Of a DNA stretch of 64,000 bases, positions 41,219-51,601 are shown piece after piece. Every line of letters begins with the position of its first letter. Position 1 is the first letter of the stretch. A program made the position numbers and the translations under genes. The notes beneath the pieces are model-generated. The model was not told where the DNA came from and did not search any database. It worked only from the letters and a program-made list of their open reading frames with translations. The DNA lies in assembly GCA_016840085.1 (NCBI GenBank), contig JAEOTA010000086.1, positions 32,001-96,000 of the forward strand, written 5' to 3'. The DNA is from Promethearchaeota archaeon (GTDB lineage Archaea; Asgardarchaeota; Lokiarchaeia; Sigyniarchaeales; SOKP01).

Positions 41219-41356
41219 TCAAACTCACTTTTAAAAATTAATTTATTAATAATAAAGACTCCTAAAAAGATACAAATAAATAATCTCTTCTTATAAATAA
41301 AACCTAATAAATAAAAAAGAAAAAAAAATAAAAATTTGTGTATCACAAATGACTTT

Positions 41357-42616
41357 TTAAAAAACCTGTTCTTTTCCAGCTATAAGACGTTTTCTTAATT
41401 CTATTAACCTATCAGCGCTCAACATCTCTTCCGAAACTTCTTTAGCGATATTTTTAATACTAGAGAAATCTACATTTTCAGCAGGGATAAGGTTTATTGA
41501 ATTTACCCATGGTTCTGTAATTTTATGACCAATCTGGCTTAATAATTTGACGTGTACTTCTAAAATATCCCCTTGTCCTCGTTTATAAATTTCTCTTGCC
41601 ATATTTGTGCTAAGGATGTTATATATCTTGCCTACATGATTAATTGGATTTTTACCACACACTGCTTCTAAGCTCATAGGGCGACATGGAGTAATTAAAC
41701 CATTCGACCTATTACCACGTCCGACTTCACCATCATCCCCACTTTCTGCGCTTGTTCCGGTGATTGTTAAATAAATCAAATTTTTTTGGAGTATATCAGC
41801 TACATTTACTTCACAAGTGACTTCTCGTTCTGGAATTATATCTGATGCTAAATCTAAAACAGCATCTTTAATCTGATTAGTATTATTAACATATTCATCA
41901 AGATCATTAATATATTTGCTAATCATTGCTGCTGCTACTGTTATACCTACTTTATTACCAACTCTTTCAGTCATAACCTTAATGTCTTCACCAGAAGCTT
42001 TACATTTATCTTTAAATTTATCAGAATTTATTAACCTTTCAGCTTCAAGAGTTATCTTTTCTGCATCTGAATAAGGAGCGTACCCAACTCCAAAACTCGT
42101 ATCATTTGCTAATGGAACTTCTTCAGAATGATGAGATTCATCAAATAAACCAGTTAAATCAGTAGAACCTGGTCTTATGGCAGTGTCAAATTGTATATCC
42201 CTATTTAAATCAAGATTTCGGAATATTTTTCCCATAACTTCACGTGAAGTTTCAAGGCATATAGTTGCAATGGGGATATATTCCATTTTATTTTCTCCAG
42301 AAGCACACTCCGTTAATATTTGATTAATAGCCCTTCCAACAATTAAAAAATATTGTGGTTGGATAATTAATCCCCCACCAAACTCTGGTTTAGCAACTCC
42401 CCCTACAAGTGCAGCCTTATCAACATTATGATGATAAACACGGTCAAATTTTTTTAAATAATAAGCACATAGTGCTCTAGAACATGCATCAGCAACAGCA
42501 TCACAGACACTATCCGGATGACCGATACCTTTTCTTTCAATGAGCTCGGGAAAATTAGAACGTTCAACAGCGAATTTAAGATCTAAATGTTCAATTTTTA
42601 ACATGTCATCTAACAT
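41357..42616 (-). CDS. mat: Archaeal S-adenosylmethionine synthetase
   Basis: [41 protein letters not shown]. Confidence 0.96.
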   Translation of the reverse strand: MLDDMLKIEHLDLKFAVERSNFPELIERKGIGHPDSVCDAVADACSRALCAYYLKKFDRVYHHNVDKAALVGGVAKPEFGGGLIIQPQYFLIVGRAINQILTECASGENKMEYIPIATICLETSREVMGKIFRNLDLNRDIQFDTAIRPGSTDLTGLFDESHHSEEVPLANDTSFGVGYAPYSDAEKITLEAERLINSDKFKDKCKASGEDIKVMTERVGNKVGITVAAAMISKYINDLDEYVNNTNQIKDAVLDLASDIIPEREVTCEVNVADILQKNLIYLTITGTSAESGDDGEVGRGNRSNGLITPCRPMSLEAVCGKNPINHVGKIYNILSTNMAREIYKRGQGDILEVHVKLLSQIGHKITEPWVNSINLIPAENVDFSSIKNIAKEVSEEMLSADRLIELRKRLIAGKEQVF

Positions 42617-42793
42617 CTTTTTAATTATATAAAAAGTTCTTTAATGTATATTTTTAAATTAATTATTAGTTAAAATCATTATTAAAAGAAAAATGCTATA
42701 AACACATTTTATATCATTTTAAATAAATAATTTTTATAAATATTTAATCATTATAATATGCTTAAAATGCATAAACTAAAATTCCATTAGAAG

Positions 42794-43366
42794 ATGAAAA
42801 ATTTCCCGCATTTAAGTGAAATTAAACATTTAAGGAAAAAACTAGGAATAACCCAGAAGGAATTAGGAGAAAAGTTAAATATTCCACAATCCACAATTTC
42901 TAGGATTGAAAATGGAAGTATAGATCCACCATATTCCAAAATTAAAATAATATACGAATGTTTAGAAGGTGAACGTAAAACACGTAAAAAAATGAAAAAA
43001 CAAGCTGAAGATATCATGATAAGACATATTATATTTATTAAACCTTCTTCTTCAATAAGAGATGCTGCAGATCTCATGAATAAACATGGTATATCACAAC
43101 TTCCTATCTTAGAAAAACAACAAAACTTAGGCAGTTTAACCTCAAAAAAAATTCAAAAATTCATAACAGAAAATCCAAAAATTATAAATGGAGATGTTTC
43201 TCTCATAAAAGAATTACCCTTTCCAGAAGTTAATAGAGATTGGGGCATTAAAGATATTTCAACTCTACTTGAAAATTATCCTGCAGTTTTAGTAAAGGAC
43301 GAAAATTATAATTTTATAGGGATAATTACTGACGCTGATCTCCTTAAACTTACAAATAATTATTAA
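42794..43366 (+). CDS. Cro/C1 HTH + CBS-pair transcriptional regulator
   Basis: RKKLGITQKELG...QSTISRIE.G.IDP; ISQLP and GIIT.ADL. Confidence 0.9.
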   Translation: MKNFPHLSEIKHLRKKLGITQKELGEKLNIPQSTISRIENGSIDPPYSKIKIIYECLEGERKTRKKMKKQAEDIMIRHIIFIKPSSSIRDAADLMNKHGISQLPILEKQQNLGSLTSKKIQKFITENPKIINGDVSLIKELPFPEVNRDWGIKDISTLLENYPAVLVKDENYNFIGIITDADLLKLTNNY

Positions 43367-43482
43367 GTAGATATTCATTCAATTTTTAAACATTTCAAAA
43401 ACAGAAATAAATTAAAAAAGTTTCAAAACATTATAATCTTAAAAGAAAGTATATTTTTTATATACCATTAAAGTACTAGTAA

Positions 43483-44490
43483 TTGATGACAAACACAGTC
43501 ATAGAGAAGATTGATGATTTACTAAAAAAGGCAAACTTTGAAACCTTAAAGATAGGAAATTTTGCTAGTAGAACAAAGACAAAATTTTGCTTTGATTTAT
43601 TAGTAAAAAAGGATGCTCAAGTTTTTAGTGTCAAAATCTTTCCTAATATTGATAATTTAAATCCTGATCTAATCCGGGATATTAAACAATTATCATTTAT
43701 ATTAAAATCAAAACCACTATTAATTGGAATTAGGAACCGATATCAAAAGTTAGAGGATAACACAATATATGTAAGGGAAGGTTTACCTTTTATAACATTA
43801 AATACATTTGAGAAAATTCTAACTAAGAATATATTCCCCTATATTCTAGCAAGAAGAGGTGGAGGTGTGGTATTTTTAGACGGTACATTGATGAAAACTT
43901 TAAGAGAAAAACAATTAATAACAAGAAAGGAATTATCTGAAAGACTCGGAGTCACTAAAAGAACGGTGAGTGCTTATGAAAACGAAAGTATGCGACCTTC
44001 AGATCAAATAGCTGTAAAAATATTAAAAATACTAGAGAATAATGAAATTTTCAAAAAAATTAATGTCTTCAAATGGAACATTAAATCTCATCAAGAAGAT
44101 ATTGACCTTCTTGAAGAAAAAGAGTTAAACGATTTTGAATCTCATGTTCAAACAATAGTAAACGATATAGGATTATCTTCATATTGGTATAAAAAAGGCT
44201 CAATACCATTCAAATTATCATTATTTTCTTCAATTGATAAAATTGAACAAGAGGGCTTTTATCCTCTATTTTCTGCCATCTCTGAGGAACAAAGGAAAAT
44301 TAATCAAATGAATTTTCAATGTTTAAAGATGTTTAATGAGTTGTTCCATAAAACTGCACTATTTATTGTTAATAATGATGTAAGAATTCCCGTTTCGATA
44401 AAAAAAGATGATATACATATTGTTAAAATAAAGAATCTAGAAGAAATTGATGACGAGGAAGATTTCATTGAACTCATCCAAGAATCTTAG
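43483..44490 (+). CDS. Conserved archaeal HTH transcriptional regulator
   Basis: CFDLL, NIDNL, ARRGG, RKELSERLGVTKRTVSAYE. Confidence 0.8.
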   Translation: MMTNTVIEKIDDLLKKANFETLKIGNFASRTKTKFCFDLLVKKDAQVFSVKIFPNIDNLNPDLIRDIKQLSFILKSKPLLIGIRNRYQKLEDNTIYVREGLPFITLNTFEKILTKNIFPYILARRGGGVVFLDGTLMKTLREKQLITRKELSERLGVTKRTVSAYENESMRPSDQIAVKILKILENNEIFKKINVFKWNIKSHQEDIDLLEEKELNDFESHVQTIVNDIGLSSYWYKKGSIPFKLSLFSSIDKIEQEGFYPLFSAISEEQRKINQMNFQCLKMFNELFHKTALFIVNNDVRIPVSIKKDDIHIVKIKNLEEIDDEEDFIELIQES

Positions 44491-44497
44491 GGAAAAG

Positions 44498-45193
44498 TTG
44501 GAAATAATTTGCGGCATAGACGAGGCTGGTAGAATATAATTCAGATCGAATTATATGCAAATAGGTTCTGTCTTAGGCCCTATGGTTATTTGTGGAGTCT
44601 GTTTTACTAGAACTAAATTAGAATTTTTATCTGAAATTGGAGTTAAAGATTCAAAGAAATTATCAACCATAAGAAGGAATCAATTATCTGAACTTATCAA
44701 AAGTAATTGCTATTCTCATAAAATTATAGTGGTAAATCCTCACGAGATAGATCAGAGAGAAAAGAAAAATTTAACACTTAATCGACTTGAGGAATTAAAA
44801 ATGGCTGCCATCATTAATGATTTAAGGCCAAACATTATATATATTGATGCAGCTGATGTAAATGAAGAAAGATTTGGAAGATCAATTAAAAATTTACTAA
44901 ATTACAATCCAAAAAGAATTATATCTAAACATAAGGCTGATGATATTTATCCAATAGTTTCGGCAGGATCAATAATTGCAAAAGTTAAAAGGGATACTTT
45001 AATAGATGGATTAAAAGAAAAATATGGAGATCTTGGTTCTGGATACCCTTCTGATGTAGTAACTATTGAATTTCTTCGAGAATGGATAAAGAATCATAGA
45101 AAAGCACCCTCTATTGCAAGGAAATCATGGAATACCACCAAAAATATATTAAATGAAGAAATCGCTAATAGAAAAATAACTGAATTCTTTTAA
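44498..45193 (+). CDS. rnhB: Ribonuclease HII, interrupted by a 30-nt putative intron (44533-44562)
   Basis: TTG at 44498 gives MEIICGIDEAGR. After removing 30 nt it continues GSVLGPMV...VKDSKKL...HKAD..YPIVSAGSIIAKV.RD...GSGYPSD, with PIP box ITEFF. Confidence 0.92.
44533..44562 (+). other. Putative bulge-helix-bulge pre-mRNA intron in rnhB
   Basis: A-ATATAATTC-AGATC-GAATTATAT-GCAA-AT; perfect 9-bp stem; in-frame TAA at 44537; 3-nt bulges AGA and ATA. Confidence 0.8.
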
Positions 45194-45888
45194 ATGGTAT
45201 TTTTTTTTACAATTAATACGATATGATTAGAGGCATATTTATGAATATTTACACTTTCTATAATGTGATAATCTGCTTTTTCAAGAATTTTTTTTTCTTT
45301 AGCATAAATACGTTCAGATTTTTGAATACTATCTATAGATTGGGATTTTATAGCAAGAATTAATATTCCATCATCTTGTAAATAATAATTACAATTGTGA
45401 ATTGCGATCTCAGCTTGATTTGGTTGAGCAACATCTTGATAAATTATATTAGCTTTAGTAAAAATTGATTTCGCATAACTTTCAGGATATCGAGCATCTC
45501 CTAATATTGGAATAATATTTTTTCTACCTGAAGTATTCTGAATTAATTGTCTGATACTTCTTTCAGCAAATTCTACTCCATATATTATACTGGATCTTAA
45601 AATGTCAGACAGATGAGAAATTGTAGTCCCAGATGACGCTCCTAAATATAAACAAATTAAATCATTAGATAAGAAATTACTAGCAGGATTTTCTAGAATT
45701 AGAGCTGCTAGTTTACTCCTGAATGGATCCCATTCTCTATATTCCTCTCCTCTATATTCTATTAATTTCTCACCGTAAACTCTATAGCCAACGTTTAAGT
45801 TTTTTGTATAAAGTTTTCTTTTTTCTTGGGGGCCAGATATAAAAACATTATAAAATTTTGGATGATTTCTAATCTCAGTTTTAGTCAT
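45190..45888 (-). CDS. flpA: Fibrillarin-like rRNA/tRNA 2'-O-methyltransferase
   Basis: VYGE, YREWDPFRSKLAA, LYLGASSGTT.SH, DVAQPNQA. Confidence 0.96.
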   Translation of the reverse strand: MTKTEIRNHPKFYNVFISGPQEKRKLYTKNLNVGYRVYGEKLIEYRGEEYREWDPFRSKLAALILENPASNFLSNDLICLYLGASSGTTISHLSDILRSSIIYGVEFAERSIRQLIQNTSGRKNIIPILGDARYPESYAKSIFTKANIIYQDVAQPNQAEIAIHNCNYYLQDDGILILAIKSQSIDSIQKSERIYAKEKKILEKADYHIIESVNIHKYASNHIVLIVKKNTI

Positions 45889-45905
45889 TTTTTTACCTAT
45901 TTACC

Positions 45906-47111
45906 TCACTTTCTCTTTTTTGATTTTTTTTTCTTGCTCTTTATTGTATCTACCTTTTTAGGCGGATTTGGATATTTTTCTTCAATTTCTTTTATTTTTT
46001 CTTCAATTTCTTGTGATAATCTATCACCAATAAATTCTCCAGAAAAAAAGTCAACTTTAGCCGAAAGTCCTAACTTTCCCGCAACAACACGAGCTATTTT
46101 CCCCCTTTGATAAGGCTTAGCTGATCGAATTTGATTCCATTGAAATATTAATCCATGTTTAGGTCTTTTTTCACCAGTTCTCAAAAATCGATATAATGCT
46201 TTTTCAGCACCTAATAATTGGATTCTTGAAGCTGGCATGTAAGCTAACTTTTTTAATCCCCCCGCTTTTGAAATTAATTTAGCACCTATTAAAGAGCCCA
46301 CAATAGCTCTAAGATTAGGCGCTGTTTTTTCCATTAAATCGTCTAAATAACGCTCTAATTCCTCAATATAAGAATTTAAAGATAATATCTGGTTTGCATA
46401 AGCCTTGACGATCTCAAGATCAATTTCAGCACCCATTGAATTAATTGCTTGTTTGTATAAATTCAGAACCCTTTTTTCCTTCAAATTAAAGTTTTGTTTA
46501 AGATTATCGAGGGTATAATTGTCTCTATGTCCTAAACTTGAGATTAATTTTGTGATTAGAATATTATCATCAATAACTCTATCAGTTAATTCTGGAAAAT
46601 GTAATCCATACCATTCTCTAAGACGTGCGATAAATAGACTTAATGATTTCTTAATAATGTCTAATGTTTCATTTGTTTGAATAATAATTATGTCATTTTG
46701 CCCCCCAACTTCACTTACCTTCTTTTTAACTAACTCTTCATTAATTTTCTTATATCTGTCCAAGAGTTCGCTATTTGAAACGATTATTCCAACTTTTTTA
46801 AGCTGGTCTATTAGATTTAATCTAAAATTTTTAAATTCCAATGAAGTTATATTTAATTCAGTCGATACTTCTAACTTTTGAGAAGTTAATGTTTCCATTT
46901 TCTTATTATCAAAAATAAATTCATCAAAACCAGAATTTTTCAAATCTGAAATAAATTCTTTGTATTTATTTAAAATTTGCTCTGAATCTAAAGTTTTATA
47001 AAACTCTATAACTTTTTCATTATCCCCATTAAAATCAATGAAATTTAAAGTATTCCCTGTCTCATCAAGAGCAAATATACCCACCAAAGTATCAACAATG
47101 TAGCACTTCAT
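45906..47111 (-). CDS. nop5: C/D box sRNP protein Nop5 (Nop56/58)
   Basis: RLREWYGLHFPEL, APNL, PASRIQLLGAEKAL, PKHGLIF, RGKIAR. Confidence 0.96.
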   Translation of the reverse strand: MKCYIVDTLVGIFALDETGNTLNFIDFNGDNEKVIEFYKTLDSEQILNKYKEFISDLKNSGFDEFIFDNKKMETLTSQKLEVSTELNITSLEFKNFRLNLIDQLKKVGIIVSNSELLDRYKKINEELVKKKVSEVGGQNDIIIIQTNETLDIIKKSLSLFIARLREWYGLHFPELTDRVIDDNILITKLISSLGHRDNYTLDNLKQNFNLKEKRVLNLYKQAINSMGAEIDLEIVKAYANQILSLNSYIEELERYLDDLMEKTAPNLRAIVGSLIGAKLISKAGGLKKLAYMPASRIQLLGAEKALYRFLRTGEKRPKHGLIFQWNQIRSAKPYQRGKIARVVAGKLGLSAKVDFFSGEFIGDRLSQEIEEKIKEIEEKYPNPPKKVDTIKSKKKKSKKRK

Positions 47112-47189
47112 TTTTTTGAACTGTTCTAAATTATTATTTCTCTATTAAAAATGATTTATAAGATCATAATCATTATTTTCTTTTAAAAA

Positions 47190-48116
47190 ATGCTAGAAAT
47201 TAATCTATCAGGGTTAAAATTAAAATCTCCTATTATATTAGCATCTGGTATTTTAGGTGTTTCTTACTCTTCGATGAAAAGGGTTATCGATGCTGGAGCT
47301 GGTGCTGTAACTACAAAATCTATCGGACCAAGACCGCGAAAAGGATACAAAAATCCATCAATAATTGAAATCTATTCTGGCACTTTCATGAATGCAGTAG
47401 GTCTAGGTAATCCTGGTATTGATAATTTTGTCGCAGAAATAAAAGAAGCGAAAGAACATACCATACCATTAATTGTAAGTGTTTTTGGAGATACAAATGA
47501 TGTCTATCTTGATGTGGCGGTTAAAGCTGAAAAAGCTGGGGCTGATGCAATTGAAATAAATATCTCTTGTCCGCATGCTGAAGTATCTTCCATAGGAATT
47601 GATAAAGGTTTAACGTTTGAAATTGTAAAATTTCTAAAAGAAAAGCTTACAGTTCCTCTTTTTGTAAAATTAAACCCCAATGTAACAAATATAGTAGAAA
47701 TTGCTTTAGCTGCTGAGAAAGGTGGTGCTGATGGAGTAGTTGCTATAAATACTTTGTCAGCATTGAAAATTGATGTGAATACCAAAAGACCAATCTTATC
47801 ACATGGAAGTGGTGGTCTTTCTGGGAAAGCAATTCAACCTATAGCTATAAAGAAAGTATATGATTTATATAAAGTTTTAAAAATCCCAATTATTGGATGT
47901 GGAGGGATAGATTCTTGGCAAGATGTAGTAGAATTCTTTTTAGCTGGAGCTTCAGCAGTACAAATTGGTACAGCTTTCTATAAAGGAACCGAAATTATTA
48001 CTGAAATAAGTCATGGAATAACACAGTATCTTAAGGATAATGATTTTAAATCTATAAATGACATAAAAGGATTAGCCCATAAATTTAAGACTCAAGAGGT
48101 GCCAGATTTTGACTGA
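47190..48116 (+). CDS. pyrD: Dihydroorotate dehydrogenase, catalytic subunit (family 1B)
   Basis: ASG, TTKS, NAVGLGNPG, EINISCPH, INT, GGLSG. Confidence 0.95.
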   Translation: MLEINLSGLKLKSPIILASGILGVSYSSMKRVIDAGAGAVTTKSIGPRPRKGYKNPSIIEIYSGTFMNAVGLGNPGIDNFVAEIKEAKEHTIPLIVSVFGDTNDVYLDVAVKAEKAGADAIEINISCPHAEVSSIGIDKGLTFEIVKFLKEKLTVPLFVKLNPNVTNIVEIALAAEKGGADGVVAINTLSALKIDVNTKRPILSHGSGGLSGKAIQPIAIKKVYDLYKVLKIPIIGCGGIDSWQDVVEFFLAGASAVQIGTAFYKGTEIITEISHGITQYLKDNDFKSINDIKGLAHKFKTQEVPDFD

Positions 48117-48963
48117 AAATACAATAAGGACAGTGAAAGTACAGAAAATAATTGATGAATGTAAAGATGTTAAAACACTTGTTTTTAACATGAAAATTAG
48201 CATGAATGAAAATTATATTATTCCTAAACCAGGACAATTTGTTATGGTATGGGTACCTGGTATAGATGAAGTTCCAATGTCCCTCTCTGGATGTGATACT
48301 GATGGAAATTGGTCAATTACAGTAAAAAATGTTGGAGAAAGTACAAATGCTATGTACAACTTAAACATTGGAGATTATATTGGAGTAAGAGGGCCTTTAG
48401 GTAATCATTTTAAACTTATAAATCTAAGTTTAAAAGAAATTTACTTAATTGGCGGTGGAATAGGTATGGCACCTCTAAAATTCCTCTCTAATCAGCTTAC
48501 AAAAATGAATATAAAACACACGATCATAGAGGGCGTAAAAATTGAGAATGACATTATGTTTAAAGATTATTTTCAAGAAGCTATAACAAGTATTTCTGAA
48601 GTTCATTATTGTACTGATGATGGAAGTTATGGAATTAAAGGAGTCATCTCTGATATTTTTAAAGAAATGCTAAATAAATTTAATAAAAATGATCTCTCAA
48701 ATCTAGTTGTTTATTCCTGTGGCCCAGAAATAATGCTATATAAATTATTTCAAATATGCCAAGAACATAAAATTGAGTTTTATGCGAGTCTTGAAAGAAT
48801 AATGAGGTGTGGGTGTGGATTATGTGGATTATGCACTTTAGATCCATTAGGTTTACTGGTTTGTAAGGATGGACCAATTTTTAATTCTGATATGTTAAAA
48901 AAAATTGAGGACTTTGGGAAGTTTAAGAGAGATTTTACAGGATACAAAATCCCCCTTATGTAA
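48109..48963 (+). CDS. pyrK: Dihydroorotate dehydrogenase electron transfer subunit
   Basis: PGQFVMVW, RGPLG, GGGIG, TDDGS, CGPEIM, MRCGCGLCGLC...CKDGPIF. Confidence 0.93.
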   Translation: MTENTIRTVKVQKIIDECKDVKTLVFNMKISMNENYIIPKPGQFVMVWVPGIDEVPMSLSGCDTDGNWSITVKNVGESTNAMYNLNIGDYIGVRGPLGNHFKLINLSLKEIYLIGGGIGMAPLKFLSNQLTKMNIKHTIIEGVKIENDIMFKDYFQEAITSISEVHYCTDDGSYGIKGVISDIFKEMLNKFNKNDLSNLVVYSCGPEIMLYKLFQICQEHKIEFYASLERIMRCGCGLCGLCTLDPLGLLVCKDGPIFNSDMLKKIEDFGKFKRDFTGYKIPLM

Positions 48964-48998
48964 TTCCCGTTATTCTACCCTCTATTTTATGAAAATTA

Positions 48999-50291
48999 TT
49001 ATATATGTATTTCATTTTGAGTTTCTTTTGCCTGTTGTCCGAGCCCCATTAGGAATAAATCTGATTTAACTCCAAGTTTCGCAATTGTTATAATAGGCAT
49101 GAGTATATCCATATACAAATATGGCTTTACTGGTCTATCATCATTCTTAAGGATTTCCTCTAATTTACTATGGAATTCTGAACTTAAGGTTTTTACTTGT
49201 TCAAGTTGATCCTCAGAAATAAAGCGATAATTTATTAAATTGGTGTCGAGCACTTGCATAAGTAAATCAATAGTTTCTATTAACGGTAATTCTTCCATCG
49301 CAACAGATGTCAAGATTTGATTTTCTGTCGCTTCTATAAAGTTATTTAGGTAGTCTGCGATCATCTTGATTTTTTTATATTCATAGGAAAATCTAGGTAA
49401 ATTTGCTAAAAGAGGTTCCCAATTATTCTCTTTTATTGCCTTTCCTAAATCAAACTCCTTTTTCTTCAGTAATTCATCAAAATTTTGACTAAGCTTATAA
49501 TATTTGCGTTTAATATTGCCTGGTTGTATCTCATCTTCTTTTGAGTATGATTCAAGCAGGTGTAATTTGAGCAATTCTTTTGTATGTCGAGAAAATGTTG
49601 CTTTATTCTTACCCATATGATAAACCATTTCTTTAAGGCTTAATTCCTTATAGATTTTTAATAAAATGACTATTCTTAAGTCAAGAGTACTTTTAAAAAC
49701 ATCAACTAAGTTCCTACTATTTATAATCCTCGTGAAATTTGTAAAGAGCTTCTTCACTTTGTCATCGGTTAAAGCAGAAATTTCAATAGCACCAATTAAA
49801 TCCTTTGACAACGCTAACTTATTAGCATTTTTCGTTTTAATTTCTCTTTTTTCTTGAAGATCAAGCTTATTACCAATCATTAATATAGGAGTTCTTCTAT
49901 TTAACCTGCTCGATCTGTAAATGGCTAACCATTTATCTAAATCACCTAAACTTGATTTATTAGTTATGTCGTAAACAAATATTGCAGCAGCAGCTCCCAA
50001 GGTGAAACTTTCAAATAAAAGTCGTGGTTTTTTTAGTTTACCCTCCCTTTTTGTTTTATCAATAATAAGATCCTTGAATTTAGGATTACCCGTAAGCTCC
50101 CAAATATGCAAAATAAAAGTTTCTCCATCCACTTCTATAGTATCCTTATAGAATGATACTCCTAAAGTCAATTTTGGAGGCACTCCTAAACTTTCATTGT
50201 CGGCTTCTTTAAAACATTTACTTAATAGGGTGGTTTTTCCCACTCCACTCTCACCAAACACAATAATCTTGAATACTTTTGGTTTTTTCAT
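48999..50291 (-). CDS. Rab-like small GTPase fused to an ArsR-like winged-helix domain
   Basis: GESGVGKT, WELTG, GNKLD, EISAL; then LRIVILL...LSLKEM...KATFSRHTKEL...KRKYYKLS. Confidence 0.8.
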   Translation of the reverse strand: MKKPKVFKIIVFGESGVGKTTLLSKCFKEADNESLGVPPKLTLGVSFYKDTIEVDGETFILHIWELTGNPKFKDLIIDKTKREGKLKKPRLLFESFTLGAAAAIFVYDITNKSSLGDLDKWLAIYRSSRLNRRTPILMIGNKLDLQEKREIKTKNANKLALSKDLIGAIEISALTDDKVKKLFTNFTRIINSRNLVDVFKSTLDLRIVILLKIYKELSLKEMVYHMGKNKATFSRHTKELLKLHLLESYSKEDEIQPGNIKRKYYKLSQNFDELLKKKEFDLGKAIKENNWEPLLANLPRFSYEYKKIKMIADYLNNFIEATENQILTSVAMEELPLIETIDLLMQVLDTNLINYRFISEDQLEQVKTLSSEFHSKLEEILKNDDRPVKPYLYMDILMPIITIAKLGVKSDLFLMGLGQQAKETQNEIHI

Positions 50292-50765
50292 CTTATAAGA
50301 TCACTTGAAGTATATTATTATTCTACACAATAATTGTAACATTGCATACTTAAAAATGTTTGCAACGCTGGAGATCGTCCCTTCTAATCAAAAAATCCAT
50401 TTTTAACAAATAAGAAAAAAAAAAGATTTAATTATCAAAGAAAGACTAATATCTTAACTGGTCTGACTCAAAAAAATCAAGTTTGAAAAAAAAAACTTAT
50501 AGATTAAAGGATTTGAATCAAAAAATATTTCTTTGATACTTAACATACATTAATTGACATAGAAAGAACTTTTAGAGAGCATCAAAATAATTTTATTTAT
50601 TAAATTTTAATGGCTTATTTAGAAACTTAATTTCTATTCACCTTATATTAAATCTGAATACTAATGATAAATCCAAAAATTTAGTAGTTTTCTGCCATTT
50701 AATTTTATACAGTATTAAATAAACAAATTATACTAATGCAAAATTCAGATAAGATTGAAATAATA

Positions 50766-50900
50766 GGATTATGTGCTTTAGATCCATTAGGGTTACTGGT
50801 TTGCAAAGATGGACCAATTTTTAATTCAGAAACTCTAAAAGAAATTCAAGATTTTGGGAAATATAAAAGAGGTTTTACTGGAAAGAAAATAAAAATGTAA
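50766..50900 (+). repeat. Diverged second copy of the pyrK 3' end (direct repeat of 48826-48963)
   Basis: Encodes GLCALDPLGLLVCKDGPIFNSETLKEIQDFGKYKRGFTGKKIKM* versus GLCTLDPLGLLVCKDGPIFNSDMLKKIEDFGKFKRDFTGYKIPLM*. Confidence 0.9.
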
Positions 50901-50904
50901 TTAA

Positions 50905-51534
50905 TTAAATCTCAAATTGCAAATCTTTAACATTCTCTCGATATAGTAATTGCTGTTTCTTTTGAGCTTCCCGCCAAGTTTTTGGAAATTCATATTTTTC
51001 ATAAAAAATTTCATCTATAGCTTTCTTCATTTGTAAAGCACATATGTCATACGATACTTTGCCTACTCCTGTTCCCCTTCCTGGAATAGCAACACTTTTT
51101 ACCTTTTCTTTTATCAAGTTACCATTTTTAAATTTCCCATATTTTACCAAAATTAAAACTGCTCGTGTAGCTAAATAAACATTCACTGAATTCTTTAAAA
51201 TCATAGGCACTCTCATTGTAGGAGCAGAAATTACATATTGTATCTTTTCATTACCAGTTTCTATTATTTCTGCCATACCTACGATTAATTCTCCATGATA
51301 CTTTTCTTTAATAATTTTTTGTAATTTTTCTTGCACATACCAACCGAAAAATCGTGATATTTTCAAATCAAGCCCACCATCCATAAATCCGAATGAGTTT
51401 GCTGGACTTACCAGTGCATCACATTTTACGTCAAAAATAGATCCATTAATTATTTCAATATTTGGATCTTGTTTAAAGAATTTATGCCATGATTTTATCA
51501 GATTGATGTTTAAATCGCAAAGTATTAACTTCAT
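50905..51534 (-). CDS. Macro domain protein (ADP-ribose binding/hydrolase)
   Basis: DALVSPANSFGFMDGGLD, APTMRVP, PG.GTGVG. Confidence 0.9.
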   Translation of the reverse strand: MKLILCDLNINLIKSWHKFFKQDPNIEIINGSIFDVKCDALVSPANSFGFMDGGLDLKISRFFGWYVQEKLQKIIKEKYHGELIVGMAEIIETGNEKIQYVISAPTMRVPMILKNSVNVYLATRAVLILVKYGKFKNGNLIKEKVKSVAIPGRGTGVGKVSYDICALQMKKAIDEIFYEKYEFPKTWREAQKKQQLLYRENVKDLQFEI

Positions 51535-51601
51535 GTCTAAATATATTATTTGAAATATAAAAAATCTTTAACAGCAGTTTATCAATTTTTGAAATTAACA
51601 C

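Noticed and set aside
44555-45193. ORF-track start (MQIGSVLG) as the true rnhB start
   Set aside because: It omits the catalytic DEAGR residues, which are encoded in frame upstream; the ATG lies inside the insert
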